55,349 nucleotides of DNA, filler included, from Catajapyx aquilonaris (GCA_000934665.2; 3 parts of 3 records of this genome joined end to end with filler, not necessarily neighbours in it), one strand, 5' to 3'; positions 38,901 to 54,962 are shown, counted from the first letter of the whole stretch. Made by a program: numbers and translations. The notes: generated by a model not told the origin, from the sequence alone.

Positions 38901-39713
38901 TTTTACACAATGCCACTCACTGTGAATGGTGAACTAATTATTTTTATGACATAAATAATCTGAATCAATTTGTTTTGACTAACCCTAGTATAGAGGCTAA
39001 ATCTCTGGAGATTAAGTTACCTCAATGACACTCTTGCCCTAGAATGGTCCTAATGCAACCAAGTGATTGAATCTTTCATCCATTTCAGAAGACCATCATA
39101 TGTGAACATGAGTCTGTGTGCCAGTAAGTTTGAGGTCTGGACTTACAACCAAACATTGGACTCATTTTTCCAGGTGAGAAAAGATAAAGGAGAGAGCCAG
39201 GATGAACAAAAATCAAATATGCAAAGCAAGTCTACTTCTGACATTCATACAGTACCATATGTTATGAATGTGGAAAGTAGGAATGGTGATTCTGGGAGCA
39301 GAGATGATAATGATCTTTTGCCAGAGACCAGTGGAATCAGAATGAAAGGTTTTTTTGCAACTCGTTTGGGAAAGCTGGACAGTGACATAAAGGTGGAGGG
39401 CAATGTGAGTGATGATGAAGATTCCAAATGTGAAGAGGATGAAAACATTTTACGCTGCATAAAATGTGGGAAGGACGTAAGTGTTTGGAAAATGGCAGAG
39501 CATGTGGACTTTCATTATGCACAAGAGGTTCAGAAGAGTCTCAATGTTGCCTCAAATGGGACTGTTCTGGTAGAGAAGAAACGAGGAAATTCATCACAAG
39601 GCAAAGGACTCAATGGAAAGAAGAGAGGGAGGCCAAAAAAAAATGACAGTCCTGTCAATGAAAGTGAGGCAAAAAAGTGCAAGAGCATTGCATCTTTTTT
39701 TACAGCTCCTTAA
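29944..39713 (+). CDS. POLH: DNA polymerase eta (Y-family translesion polymerase); exons 29944-30758, 32386-32575, 32643-32815, 39089-39713; 600 aa
   Basis: Motifs IALVDMDCFYVQVE, ERASVDEAYLD, SAGIAHNKVLAKLACGMHKPNQQT, GLGGKLG and LPKSIGCGKNF; C-terminal UBZ CIKCGKDVSVWKMAEHVDFHYA, basic NLS KKRGRPKK and terminal PIP-like KSIASFF. All three GT-AG introns are phase-consistent (2,0,2); total CDS 1803 nt. Confidence 0.95.
31029..31262. mobile_element. MITE in Pol eta intron 1
   Basis: TTGGATGGTGTTATGCAATAATGAGTCAACCCATA / TATGGGTTGACCCATTATTGCATAACACCGTCCAA inverted pair. Confidence 0.7.
32929..33798. mobile_element. Tc1-like MITE (contains SINE) in Pol eta intron 3
   Basis: TA|CAAGGTGGACGGAAAGTTTCTCCCCT ... 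AGGGGAGAAACTTTCCGTCCACCCTG|TA. Confidence 0.85.
33102..33411 (+). mobile_element. tRNA-derived SINE (family 2 variant)
   Basis: B box GGTTCGAACCC, body homologous to the 10731 copy, (ATT)n tail, perfect 16-bp TSD AAACTCATGGCAAGGG (33086-33101 and 33412-33427). Confidence 0.9.
34246..35162 (-). mobile_element. Internally deleted mariner element
   Basis: TA-flanked TIRs CGAGGTGTGATCGAAAAGTTCCCGGACTG; transposase relic MLIIFFDILGIVHMEFLPPDKTVN...HPDCSFVLALCDFYLFPKMK. Confidence 0.9.
36006..37572. mobile_element. PIF/Harbinger-like non-autonomous element (third layer)
   Basis: Perfect 17-bp TIR GGCCCGTATTCATAATG, 3-bp TSD GTA on both sides, subterminal AACCCCGGGGTTGA-type repeats at both ends. 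Confidence 0.85.
36711..36981 (-). mobile_element. tRNA-derived SINE with V-domain-like core (family 4, innermost layer)
   Basis: A box TGGCGGAGTGG, B box GAGTTCGATCTCC, core TTCTCTCCGTGTTAGCGTGGGTTTTCTCGGGCTCTCCCGTTTCCTCCCAC, (ATT)n tail. Confidence 0.85.
38017..38988. mobile_element. Mariner relic made of two inverted 5' halves
   Basis: Inverted termini GAGGGCTAGTCAAAACA / TGTTTTGACTAACCCTAG; HTH-region relics KQAATEAYDMLRVAYGDK (+) and KKIVIEVYDML (-), plus EDRRI and PRLLTPEQKQMR. Confidence 0.75.
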
Positions 39714-40538
39714 CTCTTGTAGCATTATTTTGTTGGGTTTTATGACCCGTGAAAGGACATGGCCATTGTAAGAATTCTGTAGGACACCTATTTTGCAAAT
39801 TAATCTAGGATATTTGGTACTGAGGTGCTTGATGATGGGGTCTACTAGAAATTTTCAAGCTCTCATTGCAAAACAGTGATGCTGATCTCAGATTCATGGG
39901 TCAGAATATTACAAATTTTCAAGTTTTAAGCTCACCAATCACAGTGCCAAAAATGGAGAAGTCAACGTCAACACTACAGGAGATCTTGGAATTATATTTT
40001 GCGAGGGACTAAAAATGTTGGCATGGGGGGGGGGGGGGNGGGGTGATTGGTTAGTGATTGTTTTTCTAATGGGAGAAAAGTGAAAAAAACACAGCAGGGG
40101 AAAACTATGTTTTACTGTAAAAGCCACTGGCACACTGCAAATGCCACCTATCCAACCTGCCCACTCCTACCCTGAGTTAATGTTCACATAATGTATGCAG
40201 TAAATTGAATTTCCATTTTTATGGTGTTGGAGAGTGACAATCTGGTTTTGGAGTTGGTGTTTGAGTGATGTGTTGTTCTGTAAAGCTCATTTAATGACCT
40301 TCGCAATTTCAAGTAAAGGTTGCATATGTGAGTTCTACAGTGGGAAACCTCATCAGTTTAATTATGTCACTTTTAGTGAGCAACATGTGACTAGTAAATT
40401 TGACGTTATAACAATGCCATACGTATTGAAATAAAAATTTATGCTTGTTTCTAAGGGCCAATTGTATAAATGTGAGTTAAAATTAACTATGGAGTTAGCT
40501 TTAGTTTACATACTCAGGGTTCGGAAATTTAACATACC

Positions 40539-40789
40539 CAGGGTTCCCACGCTGTCGGGAAACTCTTAAGAATGTCGGGAATTCGTATTTGCTTATTCCC
40601 GACCTTGAAAAAGTCGGGATTTCGAGGAAAATGACAAAATGTCGGGAAAATGTCGGGAAAGTGCAAAAATATTTGGAAAACCAAAGAATGGATTTTCCAT
40701 CACCACCCCACCGCCAAAATGCCCCACCCCCACTTCCCAACAAGCTTAATCCTCAAAAGAATTTTGGTGGCGGTCAGGAGGGGGGCCAG
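40539..40789 (+). mobile_element. hAT-like element left end (runs into gap)
   Basis: CAGGGTTCCCAC terminus followed by repeated TGTCGGGAA subterminal motifs. Confidence 0.55.
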
Positions 40790-40889
40790 NNNNNNNNNNN
40801 NNNNNNNNNNNNNNNNNNNNNNNNNNNNNNNNNTTAATTAATTAANNNNNNNNNNNNNNNNNNNNNNNNNNNNNNNNNNNNNNNNNNNN
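40790..40889. other. Assembly gap with artificial TTAATTAATTAA linker
   Basis: Same construct as 26190-26289. Confidence 0.95.
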
Positions 40890-41481
40890 TTTGAGCGCTC
40901 TCCGTGCCCGGGAAGTGGCTTAATTAGGCGTGACATACATACATTTATTAATACGTACAAATTTTGAGCTTTATATATATGGGGATTGTATGCACACACC
41001 TCTCAGGAAACTGGACAACTCTATGGTTTTTCCACAATTTGCATTCTCATTCCTATTTTCAAATGCCCAACCTTTCTAATCATTTCCTCTCATTTTGGAC
41101 AATGCCATAGGTTTCTTATTAGTTGATGATTGAATAATTCTGGTGTGCATTTTAACGTTATGTAACATAATTATGTATCCCTTTCTCTAAACAAAAGAAT
41201 GATTCCTACTATTTCTTGTATGCACTATTATAATTATTATTACAGTCTCTTCAGTGTAGGCCTACCTGCCTGCAGAAACAGTAAAGTTTCTCTGAAATGG
41301 GCTGCGTCCCAGCATGCATTCCCACGTGAATAGATAAAGTTGGGTGATTTAATTTATAATATATGACGTATTTGCATTATGAACAATTGTCTGCATGTTT
41401 TCTGCAGTGTGAGTTCGCATGCGGCGTTTCATACTGAACCCACCTTAGCTGAACTTTCTCAGGCAGACTGGCCAGTGCCCA

Positions 41482-43740
41482 CTACTTGGATTCTTTTCTG
41501 TGCACGTTCATGTGCCTTTTCAAGTTACATCTTTGACTAAACTTTTTGAAACAAAATTTGCAGCTGTATGGCATCTCTCCAGTGTGCGTTCTCATATGAG
41601 ATTTCAGATGACTTACCTGATAAAACTTTTTAGTGCAATATTTGCAGGCATATGGTGTCTCTCCGGTGTGTGTTCTCGTATGATGTTTCAAACTACTTTC
41701 CGTAGAAAACTTTTTGTGACAAAAATTGCAGCTGTATAGATTCTCTTCGAGGTGAACTGTTATCACATGATATTTCAAACTACTTGCATGACCATACTTT
41801 TTGGGGCAATCTTTGCACTTGTATGGCTTCTCGCCGGTGTGTGATCTCATATGAATTCTCAAACAACCTGCATCTTTAAACGTATTGTTGCAATATTTGC
41901 AGATGTGTGGTTTCTCCCCGGTGTGTGTTCTGATATGAATTTTCAAAGAACGTGGATCATGAAACTTTTTATCGCAAAATTTGCAGCCATACGGCTTCTC
42001 GCTGGTGTGGGTTCTCATATGTATTTTACAATTATTTCCATGACTAAACTTTCTGGCGCAAAATTTGCAGCTATATGGTTTCTCCCCAGTGTGTGTTCTC
42101 ATGTGCGTATTCAAATCCTTTGCATCACAAAACTTTTTGGTGCAATATTTGCAGATGTGCGGTTTCTCCCCGGTGTGTGTTCTCATAATATGTTTTTTCA
42201 AATGACATCCCTGAGAAAAAAATTGGGGGCAAAAATTGCAGCCATATGGCTTTTCGCCAGTGTGAGTTCTCAGATGGAGTATCAAAGTGCTTCTTTCACC
42301 AAACCTTTTCTGGCAAATATCGCAAACCAAAGGCTTCAATCCCGAATGCCTTCTCTTGTGATCTCTCAAAGAGTCCTGGGTTTTATACTTCTTCTGGCAA
42401 ATGTGACATTTAAATGCTTTTTCATCACTGTTGGTGTGCATATTACGTTTCAAATTGCCTTTCTGAGCAACTGTACAGCTACATGGCTTCTCCCCAGTGT
42501 GTGATTTCTGGCATGTTGGACAACTGAATGGTTTAACTCCAGCATGCATACTCATGTGAATAGTTAAATCACTGGCTCTGCCAAATCCCTTTTTGCACAC
42601 ACTGCAACCAAATGGCCCATCACTTGTGTGCACTTTCATGTGTAATGTCAAATTACAGGGTCTAGTGAAATTTTTCTGGCATACTTTGCATGCATATGCC
42701 TTCTTTTCTGCTTCTGTCTTCCTTCCACTTTGCAGACTAGAGTTCTCATTTGCATCATGAGCTGTCCTTTGTCGTCCCTGTAAAGTGAACAGCAAAATAA
42801 ATCATTACACTAGAAAAACTCTACAGCTAAGCAGGCATTTTTATATAGGGCGCAGGTGAAGAAAACCACTGCGGCATAGTCACAAACCTGTTTAGCTCCT
42901 TGAGTGTTACTTGGAAAGATCTCCAGCTTTGTTTTCCGGTAACTCCTCAGAAATTTTTTGACTCGAGCCTTCTCTTTTGCATCTTCTTCCTCGTTAACCT
43001 CTGTTGTTAAGGACTGCCCATTATCTTCTGCTCTGCTTTCATCTCTTTGTGGCTCCAATTCCGTGTGCACGGGCAACTGCAATATTAAAAGTACGACTTT
43101 TAAGAAAGTGAAACAAACGGCAAGAGAAAACTGAAGTTTTTCCGAGCTCTTCCACGTAAAGATTTCCATGTAATATTAATTGCGTGCCCCCAAATATTGC
43201 ATAAGTTATTTCTCTTTCAACTCTTCCACATCTAACCGTGATTAATTTAATAAGATTCGAAAATTAGAATTGTGACAATTATTATTTTTCTGGCAGGTGA
43301 TGGTCTCCTCGCCTGCCCTTGATTTCCTGCCACATCCTCATCATCTGCCTCCTCCTTCATTCGACCCTTGACCTTGAACTGACCGCCATTGTTTCATGTA
43401 CCCTCATCCTCCACCTTGATCTCACTCTTAACACCGTGTCCCAATATGGTGATTCATTTAATATCTATTTTTGTATAGAAATGAGAATAATCACAGTTAT
43501 TATCTTGGCACGTGATGGTCTGCTCACCTGTCCACTCCCCGCCGCATCCTCCTCCTCATCAGGTTCCTCCTGGAATTGACCTGTGACCTCCACCAGACCA
43601 CCATTGGTAAGGCCCTCCTCCCCATCCTGAAGTTCCCTCATTACCCTGCCCAACATTGAGTATCCCATGAGTGCGCTTATCTTGTGAAACGCCAGGTCGC
43701 AGTCCTGGCAGGTGAAAGTTTCCAAGGTCTTCGCGTCCAT
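41482..43740 (-). CDS. C2H2 zinc-finger protein, paralogue A; exons 43528-43740, 42888-43076, 41482-42777
   Basis: 13 intact C-x2-C-x12-H-x3/4-H fingers, mostly with TGEKP-type linkers, plus a deleted or broken finger region; acidic N-terminal exons; phase-0 GT-AG junctions. Confidence 0.85.
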
Positions 43741-43984
43741 CTTGATTCCAATGTCCACCAGTAGGTCACTGGTATCCTGACAAGAGTAGGGCAAGTAAAT
43801 GCACCGCGCTACTGACCATTCTGCTCATAATACAGACCATTCTAATAATAATTCTAATACTTGGGTGTTCCAACCTGTCCAGGTCTCACAATCATGTGTA
43901 ATGTCTTTCATATTATTGGATGACATTCATAATATTACTGTACATAGTGATTTAGGATGCAGGGTGAGCATGCTGGCTCCCCAT

Positions 43985-44880
43985 AAGCCGGGTATCAATA
44001 TTAAGGTAAATATAAGTGTACTGTACGTATTTTATAATACTTTCAATATACATACTGCTGATTTTGCCGGATCCGTCAAAACCCGCATAAATATATGCCA
44101 CATTTCATGCCGTTTGGAACACTGCCACATCAAATCGTGGATATATCGGCGAATCGATTTTCAGTACAATATTATTTTGAATGTTGTATCGTATGATAAA
44201 GCCACTTAACAATACCTTCAGGAATTTGGCCACTTTTCTCTTTCTTGTCCCTTATTTTTAGCCGACCTTTTGCATTCGGTCCTAAAAACATGGTTGCCAT
44301 GCCCAGGACTGATGATGGCCACTTGGCTAATCATGGCCCGTTTAAATAGCGCCTTCCGCTAGGTATTTCCCCTGAGCTGAATAATATTGTTATTGCAACA
44401 CACGCCACGCTTAAGAGTGTAAGGATATTCGCTAATCCCCTGCGAGCCAAACGATACCTTCATCTGAACTCCTCACAAGTTTATGCACATCACTCACTCC
44501 CCTGTACTGTACTTCTGGTATTACCGGTACTACCTGCTGGTTTCCCTTTTTGTACCTTTCCTTCCACCACGAGTCAGGCGTTTCCACTCTTTCTTCCTTC
44601 CTTCCTTCCTCGGACGAAAGAAAGAACTGATCAGAACAAGAAGTCTCGTTTGACTGATGGAGAAATATCGAACTAGACGGAACTTGGGTTGGCTTCAAAT
44701 GGCTGGATTGAAAGAGGGCGTCCTAACATCAATTCCGGAGGGATATCCGGAAATCTCGCGTAGCCTGGGATGATCACCGGAAGTCGCCGGAATAAATGAA
44801 CAAATACTCGTAAATAAATCCACGAAAATACATACTCTGTATAATTATGGTAACATGATGTGCGATGTTGGACATCCACA
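43985..44880. repeat. Upstream block duplicated with about 50730-51643 (tandem duplication of the zinc-finger unit)
   Basis: Colinear direct homology, for example CATGGTTGCCATGCCCAGGACTGATGATGGCCAC and GAAGTCTCGTTTGACTG.TGGAGAAATATCGAAC in both. Confidence 0.9.
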
Positions 44881-45899
44881 TAGGTTGCAAAAAATTTGTC
44901 CTGGTCAAAATAACAATGTTACAGGAAAACATTTAATTCGTTTTATGGTTTAAAATAGTCAAATTTTCAGTCATATCCTCTCTGTTTTTCTAGTAAAAAT
45001 GCACAATCCATCCTCTCTTACTATGCAAGACATGATGACAGACAGAGCAATAATAATATTACTGTTGACATTCAAGTGGGTCGTTAAGTCAAGTGCTTTT
45101 AACGATAATACTAGGGGGTTCAAGCGGTAGGCACAATCTATTAATGGGAATCTCTCTCTGATGTATCACAACATTTTCTGGGCTTGTGGCGGGTGATAAC
45201 CTCCAGGGTAAGGGAAGGTTGAAGAGGAAAAAGGGGAAAACAACTGACCTCCTGAGATGTAATAATTAGTTTGGTAATAACACCTTTTCCATTGTCGGGG
45301 ATGGAGGGATTCGTCAAACGTGCCGCTGCTGCTAGCGGCAGGCGTCACCTCCATTGTCACTGTCTGTATTATTGTCACGGTTCCACCAGTAGCAGTTTCT
45401 GCTTCCCCAACGTTCAAGGCATCTGCATTACAGATGAATGAGATTGGTTCAGGAGAGGTGGGGAATATGTATATGCCAGTATTTAAATCAACAAGTGGTT
45501 CCGATTCCGGAGCACTTGGTCAAATATGAGACAAGAAATGGAACATCTGGTAATGGCAAATCGTCCGAGTTCTCTTCCACAGGAAAACTTGGGAGTTCCA
45601 CATTATTCACTTCTTCTACCACTGAATCTGAAGTTAAGTCCACAGGATAATAGTCACTGGCCCACTCTAACAGCATTGGTCTATAATGGCCGATTCCGCA
45701 CCATCCGTTCTCGAAACCATTCATTTTATTGGGTGTTAGGTTCGGTGAACAAAATGCGTTTCTAAACTAATAATTTTCAAAAATTATTTTGGTTGCATCT
45801 GCCATTTCCATGCAATTATTGAGAGAGTCTTGAGTCCTTGGGTCTTGGGTCCAAAATATTGCGTAACTTATTGTCTGTGCAAATTCATGTGCCTTTTCA

Positions 45900-50239
<4,340 letters not shown>

Positions 50240-52582
50240 CGTGTAAATCTGGAGGTCAAACGCCACTGGTTACCTGATAAAAGAAGGTCAAGTAAATGTA
50301 GTGCTATAGTGACCATTGTCTAATACTGGGATAACATCCTGAGCACTGACATGAGTAAACTGTGTCTATTACTGACCCAGTTCATTAATTGGTTGCTATA
50401 GGCGCAGGCTGGCCAATCCATATAACTCGACATCTGCTTTTCTTTCATTAAGGATGATTTCTTAGTGTATCTAGCATAATACAACCATGTTTTCATGTTT
50501 TCATCAAAATCATATATATGGTAGCATATACTTATAATCTCAATTCGCCTCCTCATCATTCACTTTGTTATTCTATTCTTGGAGATGAGACACAATGCAA
50601 TGTAACCTCTATACAGTATATACCGGTATACTGTACAATATAGCAGATAGCTTATTCTCACTTTCTCATGGGAAATGTCTTTCATATGTTTGGATGACAT
50701 TCCTTATCATTAGTATACATGCCGGCTTCTTATATAAGCAGGGAGAAACATGAAGGTAAATATAAATGTACCCGTACTTTAAATAATTTCAATATTGTTA
50801 CTGCTGGTTTTGCCCGATACATCAAATTTATACCCGCATAAATATTTGCCACATTTCAATTCCCGCCATCTGGAACACTGACACATCAAATCGTGAAGAG
50901 GTCGACGAATCGATTTTCAGTACAGTATTTGAATATTGTATCGTATGATGAAGCCACGTCACAATACCTTTATTAGGTACTGTGACGTGGCCTATCCGTA
51001 TGAATTGGGCCACTTTTCCCTTTCTTATGCTTTTATTTTTAGCCGACCTTGCATTAGGTCCTAAAAAACATGGTTGCCATGCCCAGGACTGATGATGGCC
51101 ACTTAGCTAATCATGGCCAGTTTAAATAGCACCTTCCTCTAGGTATTTCCCCTGAGCTGAATAATATTGTTATTGCAACACGCGCCACGGATATCCACTA
51201 ATACCCTGTGAGCCAAACCGTACCTTCATCTGAACTCCTCACCAGTTTATGCACAATCACTCACTCCTCCATCACGTATCGTACTTCTGGTATTACCTGC
51301 GGTCCTGCACTACCTGTGGTCTCCCATTTTGTACCTTTCCTTCCACCAAGAGTCGCCTCCAGTCAGGTGTTTCCTACTCTTCCTTCCACGGACGAGACAA
51401 AGAACCGATCCGGACAGGAAGTCTCGTTTGACTGTTGGAGAAATATCGAACCAGGGTTGCGTTCGGATGGCTGAATTGAAGGAGGGGTCCTGACATCTGG
51501 GGGAAAATTCGGAAACCTAGTCTAGCCTGCGATGAACCCCGTATAAGCCGCCGAAATAAATAAATAAATACATAAATAAATAAACAAATCATGAGTAAGT
51601 TATATAATTTTGTGTAACACGATGTACGATGTTGGTCAGCCACAGCGGTTGTTAAAGTGTTTTATCCTGCCAAACTCTTCAATCTCTTCTGCCCTTGTCC
51701 TTGAATCTCGGAAGTGCCGCAATTACTGGCCTTGCATTTGTCTTGTGTCCCAACCTGTGCACACGATGTACAGTACATCCACATCAAAATAATGGGGCCG
51801 AGTGTAGACTGCACTTGACCAACACATCCCTGAACACCTCCTCGGTCTCGTACCAACTATCCCTCTTCGTCTGCTGGATGGGCAGAATGAATAAATTACA
51901 ACAAAAATTGCTCCATAATTGGTTCGTAAACGTTCCTTATACTGCATGAGCCTAATAAAAGGCCTGCATTTCAAGCAAGAAAGCCCATTGTACTGCATCA
52001 CTAGGTGCAGAACCCAACCTGTAAAAAGAGCAGTGCAGGCGAGAGCATAACTCCTGGGCAAAATAATCACATCTCACACATTTCGTAGGTCATTGAGCAA
52101 ATGCGCGTGGTTGTTGGAAATTACCTAAAACCATCGTTTAGCGTAAATGAATTTTTGACTTTTGGACTTGTGCACGTTTCATTCTGATAGTAGTGTCAAA
52201 TATTGCATATACCTGTCCTTCTTTCACTCAAGCTGTTGGGCCCCTTTTCCATCAAAAAAACTTATTGTCCGGAGCCATGTACTGTTGGTTGTGACACATT
52301 TTCCCCATCTTATTTTTGGTATCATTTATTGTCAAGTATGAACTTGTACACAGACATTCACATGCAAAAACACTTGTTATCAATCCAATGACCATTTCCT
52401 AGGCAATTGCCTGCTACGCCTAATGGGATCATATCTGTAAATTAAATCGTATGATAACACCTACAATTTAAATAAAAAAGGTAATGTCGCGTGGAGGGAC
52501 GCATACCTGCCAGGATATTTTTTATACCTTGTGTGTCACACCTTTCAAAACTATTCGGACAACACTGGTGATCACTCTACAT

Positions 52583-53105
52583 CAGGGGTTCTTAACCTTT
52601 TCGTGCCACCGCACCCCTTTGAAGACAGTTGGTCCTTGTCGCACCCCCTATACGTTATACCAGGGGTGATTGATTAAGTTCGTCATATAGTTAGACTAGC
52701 AAAAGTCAAACCGAAGCAGGTTGGTGTAGTGGATATGGAGTCCGCTGCTGGGTTCGAATTCCCGGCCGGCGACCCTAACCGTGGTTTTTGTGGTTTCCCA
52801 CTGTCTCCTCCATCTAGAGTGCTAGACAATTCCGAGGTCGTTTCCGTAAAAATAGGCCACAGCCGCTTCCTTCCGTCCCTATCATTGGTCCCACCCATGT
52901 GTGAAGTAAGAGTCAGAAAAATTGAAGAAAACTGACGGTGGTATGCCAGCCTCCTAAAAGGGCTCCGCCCTATCACGTGGTAAAATAAAATAAATAAATA
53001 AATAGTTAGACTAACAAAAGTCCAGAGGTGCACCTTGCTCGCACTCCCACCGGGGAGCCACCTCGCACCCCTGGTGGTGCGGGCATCCCAAGTTAAGAAC
53101 CTCTG
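52583..53105. mobile_element. hAT MITE containing a SINE
   Basis: TIR CAGGGGTTCTTAAC / GTTAAGAACCTCTG with a perfect 8-bp TSD CTCTACAT (52575-52582 and 53106-53113). Confidence 0.92.
52708..53001 (+). mobile_element. tRNA-derived SINE (family 2)
   Basis: Close homologue of 10731-11038; 21-bp TSD ATAGTTAGACTA(G/A)CAAAAGTC (52687-52707 and 53002-53022). Confidence 0.92.
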
Positions 53106-53622
53106 CTCTACATAGTTCCTTCCTCTGTGGGTGTGTGTGTGAGGGTGGGTGGGAATGGATGACATGCGACATTTCATCTTCCCTGCCAAAAGAAACCTAT
53201 TCTGGAAAAGTTGGCAAGAAAGGCTCTTTTCCAGTGTATTTTCATTGCATTTATACAGTATTTTACTTTCTGCAGACACCTTTTCAGGTGTGACGGAAGC
53301 AGACGGTATGCACTCAAGGTCCCTTCCCCCTTTTTTTGTGCCCCTCTCCACCCACATGCTCTGACGTCACTCCCATCTTGCTTTGTGTTTTGGTAGCATA
53401 AAAAGAGGGGCTCTCTGTGTACTCATGGCCAGTCGTTGGGAGAATACCCTGATTGCTGGTCGTGGCCAGTTTTACTGTGCCGGTTTCCATATACCTATCC
53501 TGACCATTGTTATCCTTTATTTTCCCCTTTTTTTCCTTTTGTTTCTGTACTCTCGTACGTAATAAATATCTGTACTGAGCATTGTACCCACTGGTGTCTT
53601 TTGAACCCGCTACGGTCACAAG

Positions 53623-53640
53623 TGGTGTCAGAAGTGGGAT
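53623..53640 (+). promoter_or_regulatory. Primer-binding site complementary to the tRNA-Leu 3' end
   Basis: TGGTGTCAGAAGTGGGAT begins 2 nt after the LTR end and matches the complement of the tRNA-Leu(CAA) 3' terminus as recalled. Confidence 0.8.
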
Positions 53641-54134
53641 TTCGTAGGTGCTCTTACAGAGGGTGTTACGTATGCGTTCACTGTTTGGGTGTTCGTATAC
53701 TGAGGTGTTCTGAGTGTGTATACTTCCACTGTTGTGGTTATGTACGAGTACGAGAGATATTCTGACCTTATTCCTCTTACCCGAGAGTGTATACTACTTA
53801 CGAGTACGTAAAGTTACGAGTGGTAGTTACGAGTGGTAGTTACGAGTGGTAGTTACGAGTGGTCGTTACGAGTGGTCGTTACGAGTGTTCATTACGAGCA
53901 TTTTGGTTCACAAGTGTGGTATTGATTTACGAGTGTATTTTCTGTGGTTTATTTTGTGGGTATATTGGCGAGTGTATTTACTAGCGTGGTTTGTGTATTG
54001 GTGGTCATATACAGGGTCCGGTGTGCGTCTCCCTACGCTACGGGTGAGACGTGTGACACCCCCCTTGGTATCTGCCTCCTTTGAGCGTCCTTCGTGTCGT
54101 CCATTGCAGCGTCGTTTGGTCGGGTCGAGTCGAG

Positions 54135-54962
54135 ATGGCTTCAGGTATTCCACCAATCGCTAAGTACAGTGGAGTTTCTCCATTTCACGAATGGAAAGAG
54201 CTGTTCGTGTTGTACGGCGATGCATTGGCCTGGAATGACGAGCAAAAGCTAGCACGTCTTCCTCTCTTTCTCGAAGGTGGTGCCTACCAGGCATTCCGTC
54301 TCCTAACAGGCGCCCAAAAGGTAGATTTTCTCACTGCCTGCACATCCCTGGCAGCAGCCTTAGAGCCCATTACCCCAAAGGTACTACAGCAAAGCGAAGC
54401 TTCTCTATTGAGGGTACAGCCTAATGAGAGCTGGGACTCGTATGTATATCGAGTTAAAGAAGCCCTTCGTAAATCCTACCCAACTGCCTCTACTGACATG
54501 ATTGCACAGCTTGCATGTGGTAAGCTATTCGAGGTGTTGCCTCCAGAAACACAAAGACAGGTGATGTCTCAGGACCTGTCTACATTGGATGAGGTCCTCC
54601 GGCTAGCTAAGCTATCGGATGGCATCCAAAAATGGCAATCTGGTCAGTCAAAGCAGTTTTCGGGTTTTCAAGCCCCCGACGAAAGTTTGTCTCCTGTCGG
54701 AATCCCCTCCCACGAGTCCAAAACGGGAAGTTTTTCTTCTCGTACGTTCCAAAGAGGACGTGGCCGAGGCCGTGGTAGGGGCCAACGAGGAGGATCGAGA
54801 GGTGGTAAGGGTCAAGCTCCAAAGCCTACACCCGAATCCGATCCTTCAAAGCCTTTCTGCACTTATTGTGAGAAGCCAGGTCATCTCAAGCAATCATGTT
54901 GGAAGTTGCAGAAAGACCTTGTTGTATGGGAGAAGTCGCGTCCGGGAGGCCCGGAAAACTAG
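54135..54962 (+). CDS. gag: Retrotransposon Gag
   Basis: Capsid-like WNDEQKLARLPLFLEGGAYQAF and QPNESWDSYVYRV, RG-rich tract, CCHC knuckle CTYCEKPGHLKQSC. Confidence 0.9.
   Translation: MASGIPPIAKYSGVSPFHEWKELFVLYGDALAWNDEQKLARLPLFLEGGAYQAFRLLTGAQKVDFLTACTSLAAALEPITPKVLQQSEASLLRVQPNESWDSYVYRVKEALRKSYPTASTDMIAQLACGKLFEVLPPETQRQVMSQDLSTLDEVLRLAKLSDGIQKWQSGQSKQFSGFQAPDESLSPVGIPSHESKTGSFSSRTFQRGRGRGRGRGQRGGSRGGKGQAPKPTPESDPSKPFCTYCEKPGHLKQSCWKLQKDLVVWEKSRPGGPEN

Noticed and set aside
39940..40137. CACAGTG start suggesting a Transib/RSS-like end
   Set aside because: The partner end is only a weak match and no 5-bp TSD was found.
41500..42504. Plus-strand ORFs of 79-217 aa (and 45830-47106)
   Set aside because: Antisense shadows of the periodic zinc-finger exons.
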